In this document: piece by piece, positions 36,151 through 44,365 of the stretch | Layout: every line of letters starts with the position of its first letter | Numbering within the stretch: the first letter of the stretch is position 1 | Sequence record: ON568341.1 | Direction: 5' to 3' (one strand) | Source: Escherichia phage UE-S1 | Length of the DNA: 64,000 nucleotides | Made by a program: the position numbers and the translations under genes | The notes under the pieces: generated by a model | What the model saw: the letters and a program-made list of their open reading frames with translations, nothing else | Told to the model about the DNA's origin: nothing | Database searches by the model: none

Positions 36151-36546
36151 ATGATTACTAAATTCTACGCTACCCGTGAAGCTGCCCGTATTGTTGCACG
36201 CGAGGAAGGAGCAGCATTTAAAGACATGGGCAAAGATGCAACGAAAGGTCAACGCTGGGCCGTACAGTTCAAAGAAATCTCTGATATTGTGAATTCACCT
36301 GAGCCAGTACTGACAGCAGCAGAACTAAAACGAGCGGATATGCTGGCGGCAATACTTGACGCACAAGATGAGTTTATCGCTGACTCTGATATCAAAGTAC
36401 AGGTAAACCACACCGCATGGACTCACGCGGATCACCTGGCAAACCTTAAGCGTCCAAGTGAACTGATTCGCAACCAGAAAGAGATCCGACATGATCGTAA
36501 GGGTAATCGTGTAACAGTATACAGTAAACGCCGCCAGGTTATCTAA
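36151..36546 (+). CDS. hypothetical early protein (131 aa)
   Basis: ATG 36151 after AGGA; paralog of 24443..24709; followed by hairpin GGCGGGA..TCCCGCC + T-run. Confidence 0.55.
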   Translation: MITKFYATREAARIVAREEGAAFKDMGKDATKGQRWAVQFKEISDIVNSPEPVLTAAELKRADMLAAILDAQDEFIADSDIKVQVNHTAWTHADHLANLKRPSELIRNQKEIRHDRKGNRVTVYSKRRQVI

Positions 36547-36607
36547 TAACTTGCAGTACTAACAACACGGCGGGATCAGTTCCCGCCTTTTTTATAGGAC
36601 AAACAAA

Positions 36608-36862
36608 ATGATTAAGGTTCAACTATATAAAGATAACATCTTACGGGTACACTATAAAGCACCTCAGAGAATCATCACAAAGGCCGTACAGCTTGCTAAT
36701 GAGTTTATTAATGGTAACCTATTACCTAGGAAGTTAAGCAACGGAAAACTGCGTGTAATCGACGTGGACACTAACAACAGGATAGTAATCGAGAACACAG
36801 GAAAAATAAACCTATATGAACACCAACAATACAATAAGAAAATAAAACTAATATCACGTTGA
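36608..36862 (+). CDS. hypothetical early protein (84 aa)
   Basis: ORF with AGGA SD-like. Confidence 0.45.
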   Translation: MIKVQLYKDNILRVHYKAPQRIITKAVQLANEFINGNLLPRKLSNGKLRVIDVDTNNRIVIENTGKINLYEHQQYNKKIKLISR

Positions 36863-36915
36863 CAGTACTCAAATGTTTTAGTATTATGTACACATACCAA
36901 CACGGGAGAAACAAA

Positions 36916-37134
36916 ATGAAATTATCTAAAATCGAAAAGAAAACTATTGATGAAGCAGTTAAGCACGGTTATACCTTTCGTAATGATTCACATTTTACCA
37001 ATTTTCAACAGGGGTATCGTACTATTAAAAAACTAATTGACAAAGGTTTATTAGTTGAAGTCAATAATGGGAACGGTATCGAGTATCAGCCAACCCAAGA
37101 CGCATTATCTTTAAAGAAATATAATATTATCTAA
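36916..37134 (+). CDS. hypothetical early protein (72 aa)
   Basis: ATG 36916 after GGGAGAAA; promoter TTGACA(36860)..TATTAT upstream. Confidence 0.5.
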   Translation: MKLSKIEKKTIDEAVKHGYTFRNDSHFTNFQQGYRTIKKLIDKGLLVEVNNGNGIEYQPTQDALSLKKYNII

Positions 37135-37191
37135 TTGACAGTACTCAAATGTTTTAGTACTATATGTACATACCAACACGGGGGAAACAAA

Positions 37192-37434
37192 ATGATTACT
37201 TTAGAAAAACGTATCAAAGAAACTACATCGCTGGTGGAACTGTTAACAGTACTCAAATGTAAAACAACACCATTTAGCACGCCGGACTTTATTAATATGG
37301 TTGATGTTAATGGTCGCTATCGTATCACGGTCGAACAAGGAGCGGCGAAAGTATTCAGTACTAAAAACACGAAGGAAGTGATCCACGCCGTTAATGTTAA
37401 AAAAGTAGTTGCCATTGATAGTAAAGTACTGTAA
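37192..37434 (+). CDS. hypothetical early protein (80 aa)
   Basis: ATG 37192 after GGGGGAAA; promoter/leader duplicated from 36859-36915. Confidence 0.5.
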   Translation: MITLEKRIKETTSLVELLTVLKCKTTPFSTPDFINMVDVNGRYRITVEQGAAKVFSTKNTKEVIHAVNVKKVVAIDSKVL

Positions 37435-37465
37435 TATAGTTTCATTAACTCAAGGAGAACATGCA

Positions 37466-38050
37466 ATGCGTAATTATACTAAATTCATCCGTACACTGTC
37501 AGAAATGGAAACCAACAAAGAGATCCTTTCAGCTTGTCGGTTAGCTGGCCTGGAGATCATCGGTGCTGGTTCTTCCCGTATAGTTTTCGCTTTAAATGAT
37601 CGGTTAGTGATTAAGGTCGCGAATTGTGATGCGGGTGTAGAACAAAATGAAACTGAATGTAAGGTATGGAATTTTTTAGACTATGACCGCCCTCAGTTGA
37701 AACAGTACTTTGCAAAGGTGCATATGCATTTATGCGATCCTGATAATATGTTTATCGTTATGGATCGGTTGAGTACTGCAAGCAAAGGTAGTGTGAAGCA
37801 CGTAAACGCGTGCAATGAATTAAAGTACAATATTAAACGTAATGCAATCGAACGCCATCACCGCTTTGCTGATGCACTACAACACGTCGATGATACATTA
37901 TCAACACTAACGATAAGAGATATCAGAAAACAGAATATCGGCCAGGATCGTAATGGCCTTATTAAAGTACTTGATTACGGTTTAACCTGCAATATCTGGA
38001 ATCAGTACTATAAAAAGCGTGATGTGGCAGCAAGTAAGGTAACACGATAA
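37466..38050 (+). CDS. protein-kinase-like protein (194 aa)
   Basis: G-loop-like GAGSSRIVF, VIKVA lysine motif, RDIRKQNIG catalytic-loop-like, KVLDYG DFG-like; AAGGAGAA SD. Confidence 0.55.
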   Translation: MRNYTKFIRTLSEMETNKEILSACRLAGLEIIGAGSSRIVFALNDRLVIKVANCDAGVEQNETECKVWNFLDYDRPQLKQYFAKVHMHLCDPDNMFIVMDRLSTASKGSVKHVNACNELKYNIKRNAIERHHRFADALQHVDDTLSTLTIRDIRKQNIGQDRNGLIKVLDYGLTCNIWNQYYKKRDVAASKVTR

Positions 38051-38067
38051 AAAAGATTAAAAAAGGG

Positions 38068-38105
38068 ATTGACTCCGGTCAGTCCCTTTGCTATTATATA
38101 TCCAT
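38068..38105 (+). terminator. terminator hairpin with embedded promoter (composite element)
   Basis: AAAAAAGGGATTGACTCCGGTCAGTCCCTTTGCTATTATATA. Confidence 0.55.
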
Positions 38106-38191
38106 TGAGAGATAACTCACTGACCCATAGGGTGCGGAAGTGTATCTATTATATAAGTATTCAGTACTGAAAACTATTTTTAAAAAAGTAC

Positions 38192-38219
38192 TTGCAAACT
38201 ATCTCAATGAGCGTATAAT
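38192..38219 (+). promoter_or_regulatory. early sigma70-type promoter
   Basis: TTGCAA(38192-38197), 16 nt spacer, TATAAT(38214-38219). Confidence 0.55.
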
Positions 38220-38274
38220 GTTTTATATCGAGAGGGGGAAATGGTTCTCCCTAGTACTAAAAGGAATCAAGACG

Positions 38275-38496
38275 ATGACTACTATGACCTGCGTTCACGC
38301 TTCAAATCTTCTGAATGATGCAGCATTTAAAGCAGGTGAAGAATATCAATGCTATCGGGATGAAAATAAAAAAGTTTTTGTAGTTGATAATAATGGTTTC
38401 CATATTGAATTACAATCCGGCTTCACTGGTTTAAATGGTAAATCAGTATGGGGCGTACAGGATGATAAAGGTACATATCATTTTAAACGTAATTAA
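38275..38496 (+). CDS. hypothetical early protein (73 aa)
   Basis: ATG 38275 after AAAAGGAAT SD and leader hairpin GGGGGAAATGGTTCTCCC. Confidence 0.5.
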   Translation: MTTMTCVHASNLLNDAAFKAGEEYQCYRDENKKVFVVDNNGFHIELQSGFTGLNGKSVWGVQDDKGTYHFKRN

Positions 38497-38577
38497 GTAT
38501 TGACAAAGTATATCAGTACTGTATAATAGTTTACATCAAGGGGAGAATGGTTCTCCCCACTAAAAGGAAACAAAATT

Positions 38578-38850
38578 ATGTCCAGCTACTCCGCTACTAT
38601 GATCATTAAAGATATGAACGGTAATCCTACTTCTGCTGGTGGATCATTTGGAAACATTAATTTAGATGGTCGGTTATCCATGCAATCAGCCATCGATGCA
38701 GCGAAAGAAGTTTTTAAGAATGAATGTACTGTTAGTAAGCTGGATTATATGGGTTTCGCTATCGAGAAAACTACTCGTTTTGTGAACTACAAAAATCCAC
38801 TGATGATTGATACTAACCTGAAAGCTAACGAAGTGGGGTACTTATTATGA
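38578..38850 (+). CDS. hypothetical early protein (90 aa)
   Basis: AAAAGGAAA SD after hairpin; promoter TTGACA..TGTATAAT. Confidence 0.55.
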   Translation: MSSYSATMIIKDMNGNPTSAGGSFGNINLDGRLSMQSAIDAAKEVFKNECTVSKLDYMGFAIEKTTRFVNYKNPLMIDTNLKANEVGYLL

Positions 38851-39038
38851 CAGTAGAAGAAGTAAAAAAAGTACTGGCAGTACTACGATATCATAATCAT
38901 TGCAAGGTGAAGAATGATCCTGATTATCTTGATTCATCCCTGGAGGAAGACACCTTGAACGCTATAAGCCATATGCAGACATTAGCAAAGCGTATGACTG
39001 AAAAGAACATGCCGGACTATATCGGAAATAAAATTTAA
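38847..39038 (+). CDS. hypothetical early protein (63 aa)
   Basis: ATGA overlap with previous gene. Confidence 0.45.
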   Translation: MTVEEVKKVLAVLRYHNHCKVKNDPDYLDSSLEEDTLNAISHMQTLAKRMTEKNMPDYIGNKI

Positions 39039-39124
39039 AAAGTACTTGCATTGTAGTTAGATTAACGTATAATGTTTTATATCGAGAGGGGAAATGGTTT
39101 CCCCTCAAGTCCAGGAGATACACC

Positions 39125-39388
39125 ATGAACACTATCGAAATCACTATCAATGCACACGTATACGACAACGTAGTACTGCAAACTACTATGACCGCCAATG
39201 ATACCAGTACTTTGCGGAATACTGTTATTAGTGCTGTATGTGCCGCTATCGGTGATGTATCCCTGGAAAATTCAGAACACATCAACAACGGTTTCACTAT
39301 GTGCAAACGTGATAACGCAAAACATATCATCGTGGAAGGTTACGGCGGTGTAGAATTTAATGTTTATATGAAAAAAGTACTTGCATAA
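39125..39388 (+). CDS. hypothetical early protein (87 aa)
   Basis: CAGGAGA SD after hairpin GGGGAAATGGTTTCCCC. Confidence 0.5.
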   Translation: MNTIEITINAHVYDNVVLQTTMTANDTSTLRNTVISAVCAAIGDVSLENSEHINNGFTMCKRDNAKHIIVEGYGGVEFNVYMKKVLA

Positions 39389-39455
39389 TAACTAAAACAA
39401 AGTATAATGTTTTGCATAGGGGGAGATATCCTCCCCCACTAAAAGGAGTAATAAA

Positions 39456-39680
39456 ATGGCTAACTTTGATGAACTGATGCGGGAAGTAGCTTACCTGGCA
39501 GAAGAGAAGAAATCATTCGATTCTATCTATAACACCGCTCACCGTGATTCAGTACTGGCATGTAACCAGGATCAAAAAGATGAACTAATCGCCACCTATC
39601 ATGAAGCATGGAAGTACTACCGACAATGGGAGAAAGAAGAAAGTGAGTCTACCATTGACGGCCTCAATAATCTAATCTAA
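39456..39680 (+). CDS. hypothetical early protein (74 aa)
   Basis: AAAAGGAG SD after hairpin GGGGGAGATATCCTCCCCC. Confidence 0.5.
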   Translation: MANFDELMREVAYLAEEKKSFDSIYNTAHRDSVLACNQDQKDELIATYHEAWKYYRQWEKEESESTIDGLNNLI

Positions 39681-39756
39681 AAGTTTTATTTCAGTACTAT
39701 TGACATAGCTTGATAGTACTGATGTAATAACTTTACTAACTACAAGGGGAAACATA

Positions 39757-40014
39757 ATGGATCAATTCACACAATATCGGGTAAATCCTCAAGCTATGGC
39801 CTACGTAGAAGACCATAAAACGTTACCAGTACTGCAACCAGTTAAAGGCCGTATCTATCGTGGCCTTGCCTGGGATACGGCCCAGGATGGATATAAAACC
39901 GTCGCCGTGGGTATGTATTGCGGTGATGGTGAATGGTTTGATCCAAATAATCCGGTATCCATTGACAGTACTGAAAAAATGAAATGGGCCGACTACATCG
40001 AAGATATTTCATAA
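39757..40014 (+). CDS. hypothetical early protein (85 aa)
   Basis: AAGGGGAAA SD; promoter TTGACA..GATGTAAT. Confidence 0.5.
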   Translation: MDQFTQYRVNPQAMAYVEDHKTLPVLQPVKGRIYRGLAWDTAQDGYKTVAVGMYCGDGEWFDPNNPVSIDSTEKMKWADYIEDIS

Positions 40015-40104
40015 AAACTATTTGACAGTACTAACCAGTAATGTATAATGTTTTACATAGAGCGGGGGAATAGTTCTCCCGCCAATAGTTTGGAGTAAAA
40101 CATT

Positions 40105-40305
40105 ATGTCTATCGCTATCGCCCTGGTTGAAGTACTGAAAGAAGCTAAAGCCAACCTTATCGACGTAAAGATCCAGGAACTACAAAACGGCTTAATCGGC
40201 TGTACTTGTACCGCTGGTGGAGCGGCAGACTATCGAGAACACGAATCACTCGAATCACTGGTTCGGTATCTTACCATGATCGTTGATGATTGGAGAATCA
40301 TCTAA
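40105..40305 (+). CDS. hypothetical early protein (66 aa)
   Basis: TGGAG SD after hairpin GCGGGGGAATAGTTCTCCCGC. Confidence 0.5.
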   Translation: MSIAIALVEVLKEAKANLIDVKIQELQNGLIGCTCTAGGAADYREHESLESLVRYLTMIVDDWRII

Positions 40306-40322
40306 CAAAAAAGAATAAAAAA

Positions 40323-40360
40323 AGGGATTGACTCCGGTCAGTCCCTTTGCTATTATATAC
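40323..40360 (+). terminator. terminator hairpin with embedded promoter (composite element)
   Basis: AAAAAAAGGGATTGACTCCGGTCAGTCCCTTTGCTATTATATA. Confidence 0.55.
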
Positions 40361-40550
40361 GCATAGACAAAAACTAGCCCACAGGGTGCATAGGTGTATC
40401 CAAAATATATAGTTAATAACGGTGAGTAACTATCTGCTGGTGGAACTAAAACTATTAATAAAAAAGTATTGACAAAGTATATCAGTACTGCAATAATGTA
40501 TCTCGTAGGGCGGCAATGGTGCGACGGCCCACAAAGTTAGGAGATTCACC

Positions 40551-40883
40551 ATGAGTACTTCAATCGCTATCGTTAAAGCTTTCATCCGTACTAATGTTTC
40601 CTCTGTATTCATCGACGGCCTCGACCGTAACGTAGAATACTCAATCATTATCGCACAAACGGCAAACGGTTCTCGGTACATCCTGAATGATAGTGAAGCA
40701 AATCACTACTACTTCACTAAAGCCACTGGCTTTAAACGCATCGATGCTGATGTAGTATACGCTAAGATGAATAAGCTGGTAGACAAGATTAACGCGAAAG
40801 GTACTATCGATTTACAGTACTGGACCGAAACCGATCCAGAATATGGATCTCACCGCTACCTGAATCCAGGTATCAAAATGTAA
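40551..40883 (+). CDS. hypothetical early protein (110 aa)
   Basis: TAGGAGA SD; promoter TTGACA(40470)..TGCAATAAT. Confidence 0.5.
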   Translation: MSTSIAIVKAFIRTNVSSVFIDGLDRNVEYSIIIAQTANGSRYILNDSEANHYYFTKATGFKRIDADVVYAKMNKLVDKINAKGTIDLQYWTETDPEYGSHRYLNPGIKM

Positions 40884-40972
40884 AAAGTACTTGCATAGTA
40901 CTTAGATTCATGTATAATGTTTTACATAGAGAGGGGGAAATGGTTCTCCCTCCTAAATTAAGGAGTTTTATC

Positions 40973-41374
40973 ATGACCTTCTCAATCACTTCCTTCGCTG
41001 ACGTTTTAGTACTGGCCCGGACTTTTGGTAAAGCTGGCCTTGAGCACGCTGTAAGTAATGGTCATATGCACCCTGAATATTGCCGCATCATCGGTAGCTG
41101 CAAACGTTGGGCCGTGTCCCGTAACATTGAGATTGAAAACTTCAATGACGGCAACAACGAATATACAGTTGATGCAGTATTCGAAGCCGTTGATCTCGGC
41201 GGTATCTATAACACTAACCTGAATGATGTGCGTATCGTTCGCACGGGGTTCGGTGCTTATGATGTATCTATCCGTGAAGCTATGGACAAGGGATACATTA
41301 GCAAGGACCAGTTAGCTTACATCATGCAGCAAACTAAGGAACGTAACGAAGCACGTACTATCTTAGGGTTGTAA
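40973..41374 (+). CDS. hypothetical early protein (133 aa)
   Basis: ATG 40973 after TAAGGAG SD and hairpin GAGGGGGAAATGGTTCTCCCTCC. Confidence 0.55.
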   Translation: MTFSITSFADVLVLARTFGKAGLEHAVSNGHMHPEYCRIIGSCKRWAVSRNIEIENFNDGNNEYTVDAVFEAVDLGGIYNTNLNDVRIVRTGFGAYDVSIREAMDKGYISKDQLAYIMQQTKERNEARTILGL

Positions 41375-41442
41375 GCGTTACACATCACCAAACATCATAG
41401 GCCGCCTTGTAGCGGCCTTAACTATATCAGGAGTTCATACAC

Positions 41443-41652
41443 ATGAACTATACAGTATACAGCGTTCTAGGCACTATTGCAGGCGTACATGATAACGTCG
41501 ATGGTGCTATGCGTACAGTACTGCAACAGGTTCCACTAAAGCCTAAGACCATTAAGCAGATGACAGCACGACTAACCAGGGCGACGGCTGGCGTGGAAGT
41601 ATGGCAGGACTATGGGGATACACAGATAATCGTAAGCGTAACGAAGGATTAA
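41443..41652 (+). CDS. hypothetical protein (69 aa)
   Basis: CAGGAG SD; last gene of higher-GC block. Confidence 0.5.
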   Translation: MNYTVYSVLGTIAGVHDNVDGAMRTVLQQVPLKPKTIKQMTARLTRATAGVEVWQDYGDTQIIVSVTKD

Positions 41653-41680
41653 TGCGTAAAAGGATTTAGTACTGATTCAG

Positions 41681-41747
41681 AAAAAAGTCAAGGCGTTTTT
41701 TAAATTATGCGTTAAAAAAATGCATAGGTAATCCCTTGACTTTTTTG
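41681..41747. promoter_or_regulatory. large inverted repeat between early block and LGTNYQE array
   Basis: AAAAAAGTCAAGG (41681-41693) vs CCTTGACTTTTTT (41734-41747); AATGCGTA-like motif three times nearby. Confidence 0.4.
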
Positions 41748-41871
41748 AAATAAAAGGGATTGGACTATGGCAAAATGCGTAGGGGGCTAAAGGGCGGGTA
41801 ACCTTAGCGACTTCGTTAAAGGGGTATTACGAATAAAATGTTATTGACTTTTTATATAAATCGTATAAAAT

Positions 41872-42099
41872 ATGATTGATAATAATTTTAAGGGAGTCCC
41901 TGTGCGTATTTTAACTCAAGCAGAACACCACGAAAGACTTATCAATAACATGGCTATGATAATGTATAAGTCCCATGACCGTGGTATTGCATATAAGCGT
42001 GAATTAGTACTGGAACTATTCATTGGGACTAACTATCAGGAAAGGTATGTCAACGATTGGATTTGGTATTTAATTGAAGATATAACGAGTAAACTATGA
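41872..42099 (+). CDS. LGTNYQE-family small protein (first of tandem array)
   Basis: Motif FIGTNYQERYV; ATG is only 2 nt after TATAAA, so start may be leaderless or internal. Confidence 0.45.
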   Translation: MIDNNFKGVPVRILTQAEHHERLINNMAMIMYKSHDRGIAYKRELVLELFIGTNYQERYVNDWIWYLIEDITSKL

Positions 42100-42290
42100 T
42101 AATTTTAACTAAAGAAGAATATCAATCACTGTTACGTAAAAACTACGTAAAGATTTACAATACAGCCACACACGTAGAACGAATGGAGTTATACCTTTTG
42201 ATTACATTGGGAACTAACTATCAGGAAAGATGGGTGATTCAATATATGGATACATTGAAAAATAAAATATTGTCCACGAGGAAACAATGA
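42096..42290 (+). CDS. LGTNYQE-family small protein
   Basis: ATGA overlap; motif LGTNYQERWV. Confidence 0.55.
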   Translation: MIILTKEEYQSLLRKNYVKIYNTATHVERMELYLLITLGTNYQERWVIQYMDTLKNKILSTRKQ

Positions 42291-42496
42291 AAATCATAAC
42301 ACACAGACAAGCATTGAGTCGTATGGTGAAGTATCTTGAATTGATGGTGTCTATACCAAAGAGCTTACCAAAAACTGAAAGAGAGATACATTCAGCAGAG
42401 TATCGTCTATTAGCAGTACTGAATACTAACTACCAAGATGAATATGTTGACGATTGGATTCTATCATTAATAGAAGATATAAAGAGTAAACTATGA
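42287..42496 (+). CDS. LGTNYQE-family small protein
   Basis: ATGA overlap; motif LNTNYQDEYV. Confidence 0.55.
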   Translation: MKIITHRQALSRMVKYLELMVSIPKSLPKTEREIHSAEYRLLAVLNTNYQDEYVDDWILSLIEDIKSKL

Positions 42497-42708
42497 ATAT
42501 CATTGCGAACTCACATCAATATACCGAACGCGTCGCTGCCAGACAACTTGAAATCCTCATAATATACGAAGAAACTTCTGATTTAAACTTAGCTGAGGTA
42601 TTGGAAAATGAAATACTTTTGGGTGCATTCTTGGGAACAGACTATCAGGAGTATTATGAGGAAAAGTATTTGTCATCTCTTGAGAAATACATCAGGAGTA
42701 AACAATGA
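42493..42708 (+). CDS. LGTNYQE-family small protein
   Basis: ATGA overlap; motif LGTDYQEYYE. Confidence 0.55.
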   Translation: MNIIANSHQYTERVAARQLEILIIYEETSDLNLAEVLENEILLGAFLGTDYQEYYEEKYLSSLEKYIRSKQ

Positions 42709-42932
42709 AACATTTAAGTATAAGAGAGAAGAATAAAATTATCATCAATGTCATGAACCGATATAATCAACTATTGGATAGAGAATACTCAAGTTCATAT
42801 GTGCACAGGATAAACACTACGGATGTACGCATGATGGCTGTACTGGGGACAAACTATCAGGAAAGTTATGTTCATGAGCACATAGTTGCACTCACTAATT
42901 ACATAATGGACAAATGTAATGAACATCATTAA
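42705..42932 (+). CDS. LGTNYQE-family small protein
   Basis: ATGA overlap; motif LGTNYQESYV. Confidence 0.55.
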   Translation: MKHLSIREKNKIIINVMNRYNQLLDREYSSSYVHRINTTDVRMMAVLGTNYQESYVHEHIVALTNYIMDKCNEHH

Positions 42933-43143
42933 TAACTTTGAATACGAGGCCCGTGTTAAGAGTGCCAGAGAAAAAGAGAACACCATTTACTTCACTATGA
43001 TGTACTTACAATGGACTGAAATTGAAGAAAAGGTTGCTGAAGTATGGATGTTGGAATTCATGGGGACGCAGTATCAGAATATGTTTGCGGGTGAGTATAT
43101 CAATGTTCTTATGAAACAAATAGAAAGGAAGGAAAAGAACTAA
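42919..43143 (+). CDS. LGTNYQE-family small protein
   Basis: motif MGTQYQNMFA. Confidence 0.55.
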   Translation: MNIINNFEYEARVKSAREKENTIYFTMMYLQWTEIEEKVAEVWMLEFMGTQYQNMFAGEYINVLMKQIERKEKN

Positions 43144-43179
43144 TGGAGGGATGCTGTACTTTATTTGAACTTTTATATA

Positions 43180-43228
43180 TTCATGAACACATAGTTGCCC
43201 TCACAAATCTAATAAAGGATAAATGTAA
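43180..43228 (+). pseudogene. remnant 3' fragment of an LGTNYQE-family gene
   Basis: ~85% identical by eye to 3' end of 42705..42932 (..HEHIVALTN..DKC..); no start codon. Confidence 0.45.
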
Positions 43229-43486
43229 ATGAAACACTTGACTGATGATGAACATGAAACTATAATTCGTAAACTAACCCCCATCACAAGGATAGTATAC
43301 GGTGATCCCAGCCTTACATGGAACCAAATGCAAGCTAAAGTTAATGAGCTATGGTTGCTGTACTTTATGGGGACTCAATATCAAGATAAGTTTTGCACAG
43401 AATATATCGAACAATTAACGAATGTTATACAGGATAAACTAAATGAACGAATTGTGGAAAAATATGAAAACTTTATCAAGCATTGA
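43229..43486 (+). CDS. LGTNYQE-family small protein
   Basis: motif MGTQYQDKFC; AAAGGA SD. Confidence 0.55.
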   Translation: MKHLTDDEHETIIRKLTPITRIVYGDPSLTWNQMQAKVNELWLLYFMGTQYQDKFCTEYIEQLTNVIQDKLNERIVEKYENFIKH

Positions 43487-43715
43487 GTATCAGACTGCCC
43501 TCTTCTCTCTTCTAAATACCCTCCGCACGAACAATAAACTTTATAATTCCCGTGAAGCTGATATTGTCAACGCTGATGTATATCTTAATAAATTCATTGG
43601 GACTAACTATCAAGAACTGTTTGTTTTACGATATATCTCTGCACTAAGAAACGAAATATCAGATAAAACCCGACAAGCCAGAAGAGAATGGAAGAAACAA
43701 TGCGACACAGACTAA
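43443..43715 (+). CDS. LGTNYQE-family small protein
   Basis: motif IGTNYQELFV; overlaps previous gene end. Confidence 0.5.
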   Translation: MNELWKNMKTLSSIEYQTALFSLLNTLRTNNKLYNSREADIVNADVYLNKFIGTNYQELFVLRYISALRNEISDKTRQARREWKKQCDTD

Positions 43716-43951
43716 ATCACAAAATGTATTGTAAACTATTACAGGAACTGACACAGAAACACTATAATACAATATCTTCCATATTACCCTATGATATCAT
43801 GCGTTTAATTCATAGTGAGGCAGAGATGTTAGTACTGATGACCGGTACTGATAAAATAGCAATCACCAGATCGATAGAGCAATATATTGATGCACACTGT
43901 CAATGTATTAGAACTGAGATATGGAGGCGAGTAAATGAAAGTACTGAATGA
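43688..43951 (+). CDS. LGTNYQE-family small protein (divergent)
   Basis: motif MTGTDKIAITR. Confidence 0.45.
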   Translation: MEETMRHRLNHKMYCKLLQELTQKHYNTISSILPYDIMRLIHSEAEMLVLMTGTDKIAITRSIEQYIDAHCQCIRTEIWRRVNESTE

Positions 43952-44150
43952 GTATCAGTATCATTGGAGGTTACAAACTATAAGAGGGAAAGTTGTTAGT
44001 ATTTCTTTAGACAAGTCTATTGCACAAGAGGACAAATGTGTTATAATAGCTGAAATGAAGTTGGGTGTATTTGTAGGAACAAACTATCAAAACATCTACA
44101 CTGACGTATTATTAAGTGCCTTACGCAACAAGGTGTTATCCAGAGAATGA
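43935..44150 (+). CDS. LGTNYQE-family small protein
   Basis: motif VGTNYQNIYT. Confidence 0.55.
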   Translation: MKVLNEYQYHWRLQTIRGKVVSISLDKSIAQEDKCVIIAEMKLGVFVGTNYQNIYTDVLLSALRNKVLSRE

Positions 44151-44365
44151 GAAAATTAATAGGTTACGAATATGTTAAGCTTCTGAAAACCTGTAGTATT
44201 AGCAGGGTAAAGATTCAATCTGATAAGAGTATTCCTGTTGAACTAAAGTACGCAATGATGGCTGAACTTTATGTAGGTGCACTATTGGGGACAAACTATC
44301 AACAAATGTATGTAGACCTATGGGTTGACGCTCTACAGAAAGAGGTCCAAAGTAAATGCAAATGA
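44147..44365 (+). CDS. LGTNYQE-family small protein
   Basis: ATGA overlap; motif LGTNYQQMYV. Confidence 0.55.
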   Translation: MRKLIGYEYVKLLKTCSISRVKIQSDKSIPVELKYAMMAELYVGALLGTNYQQMYVDLWVDALQKEVQSKCK

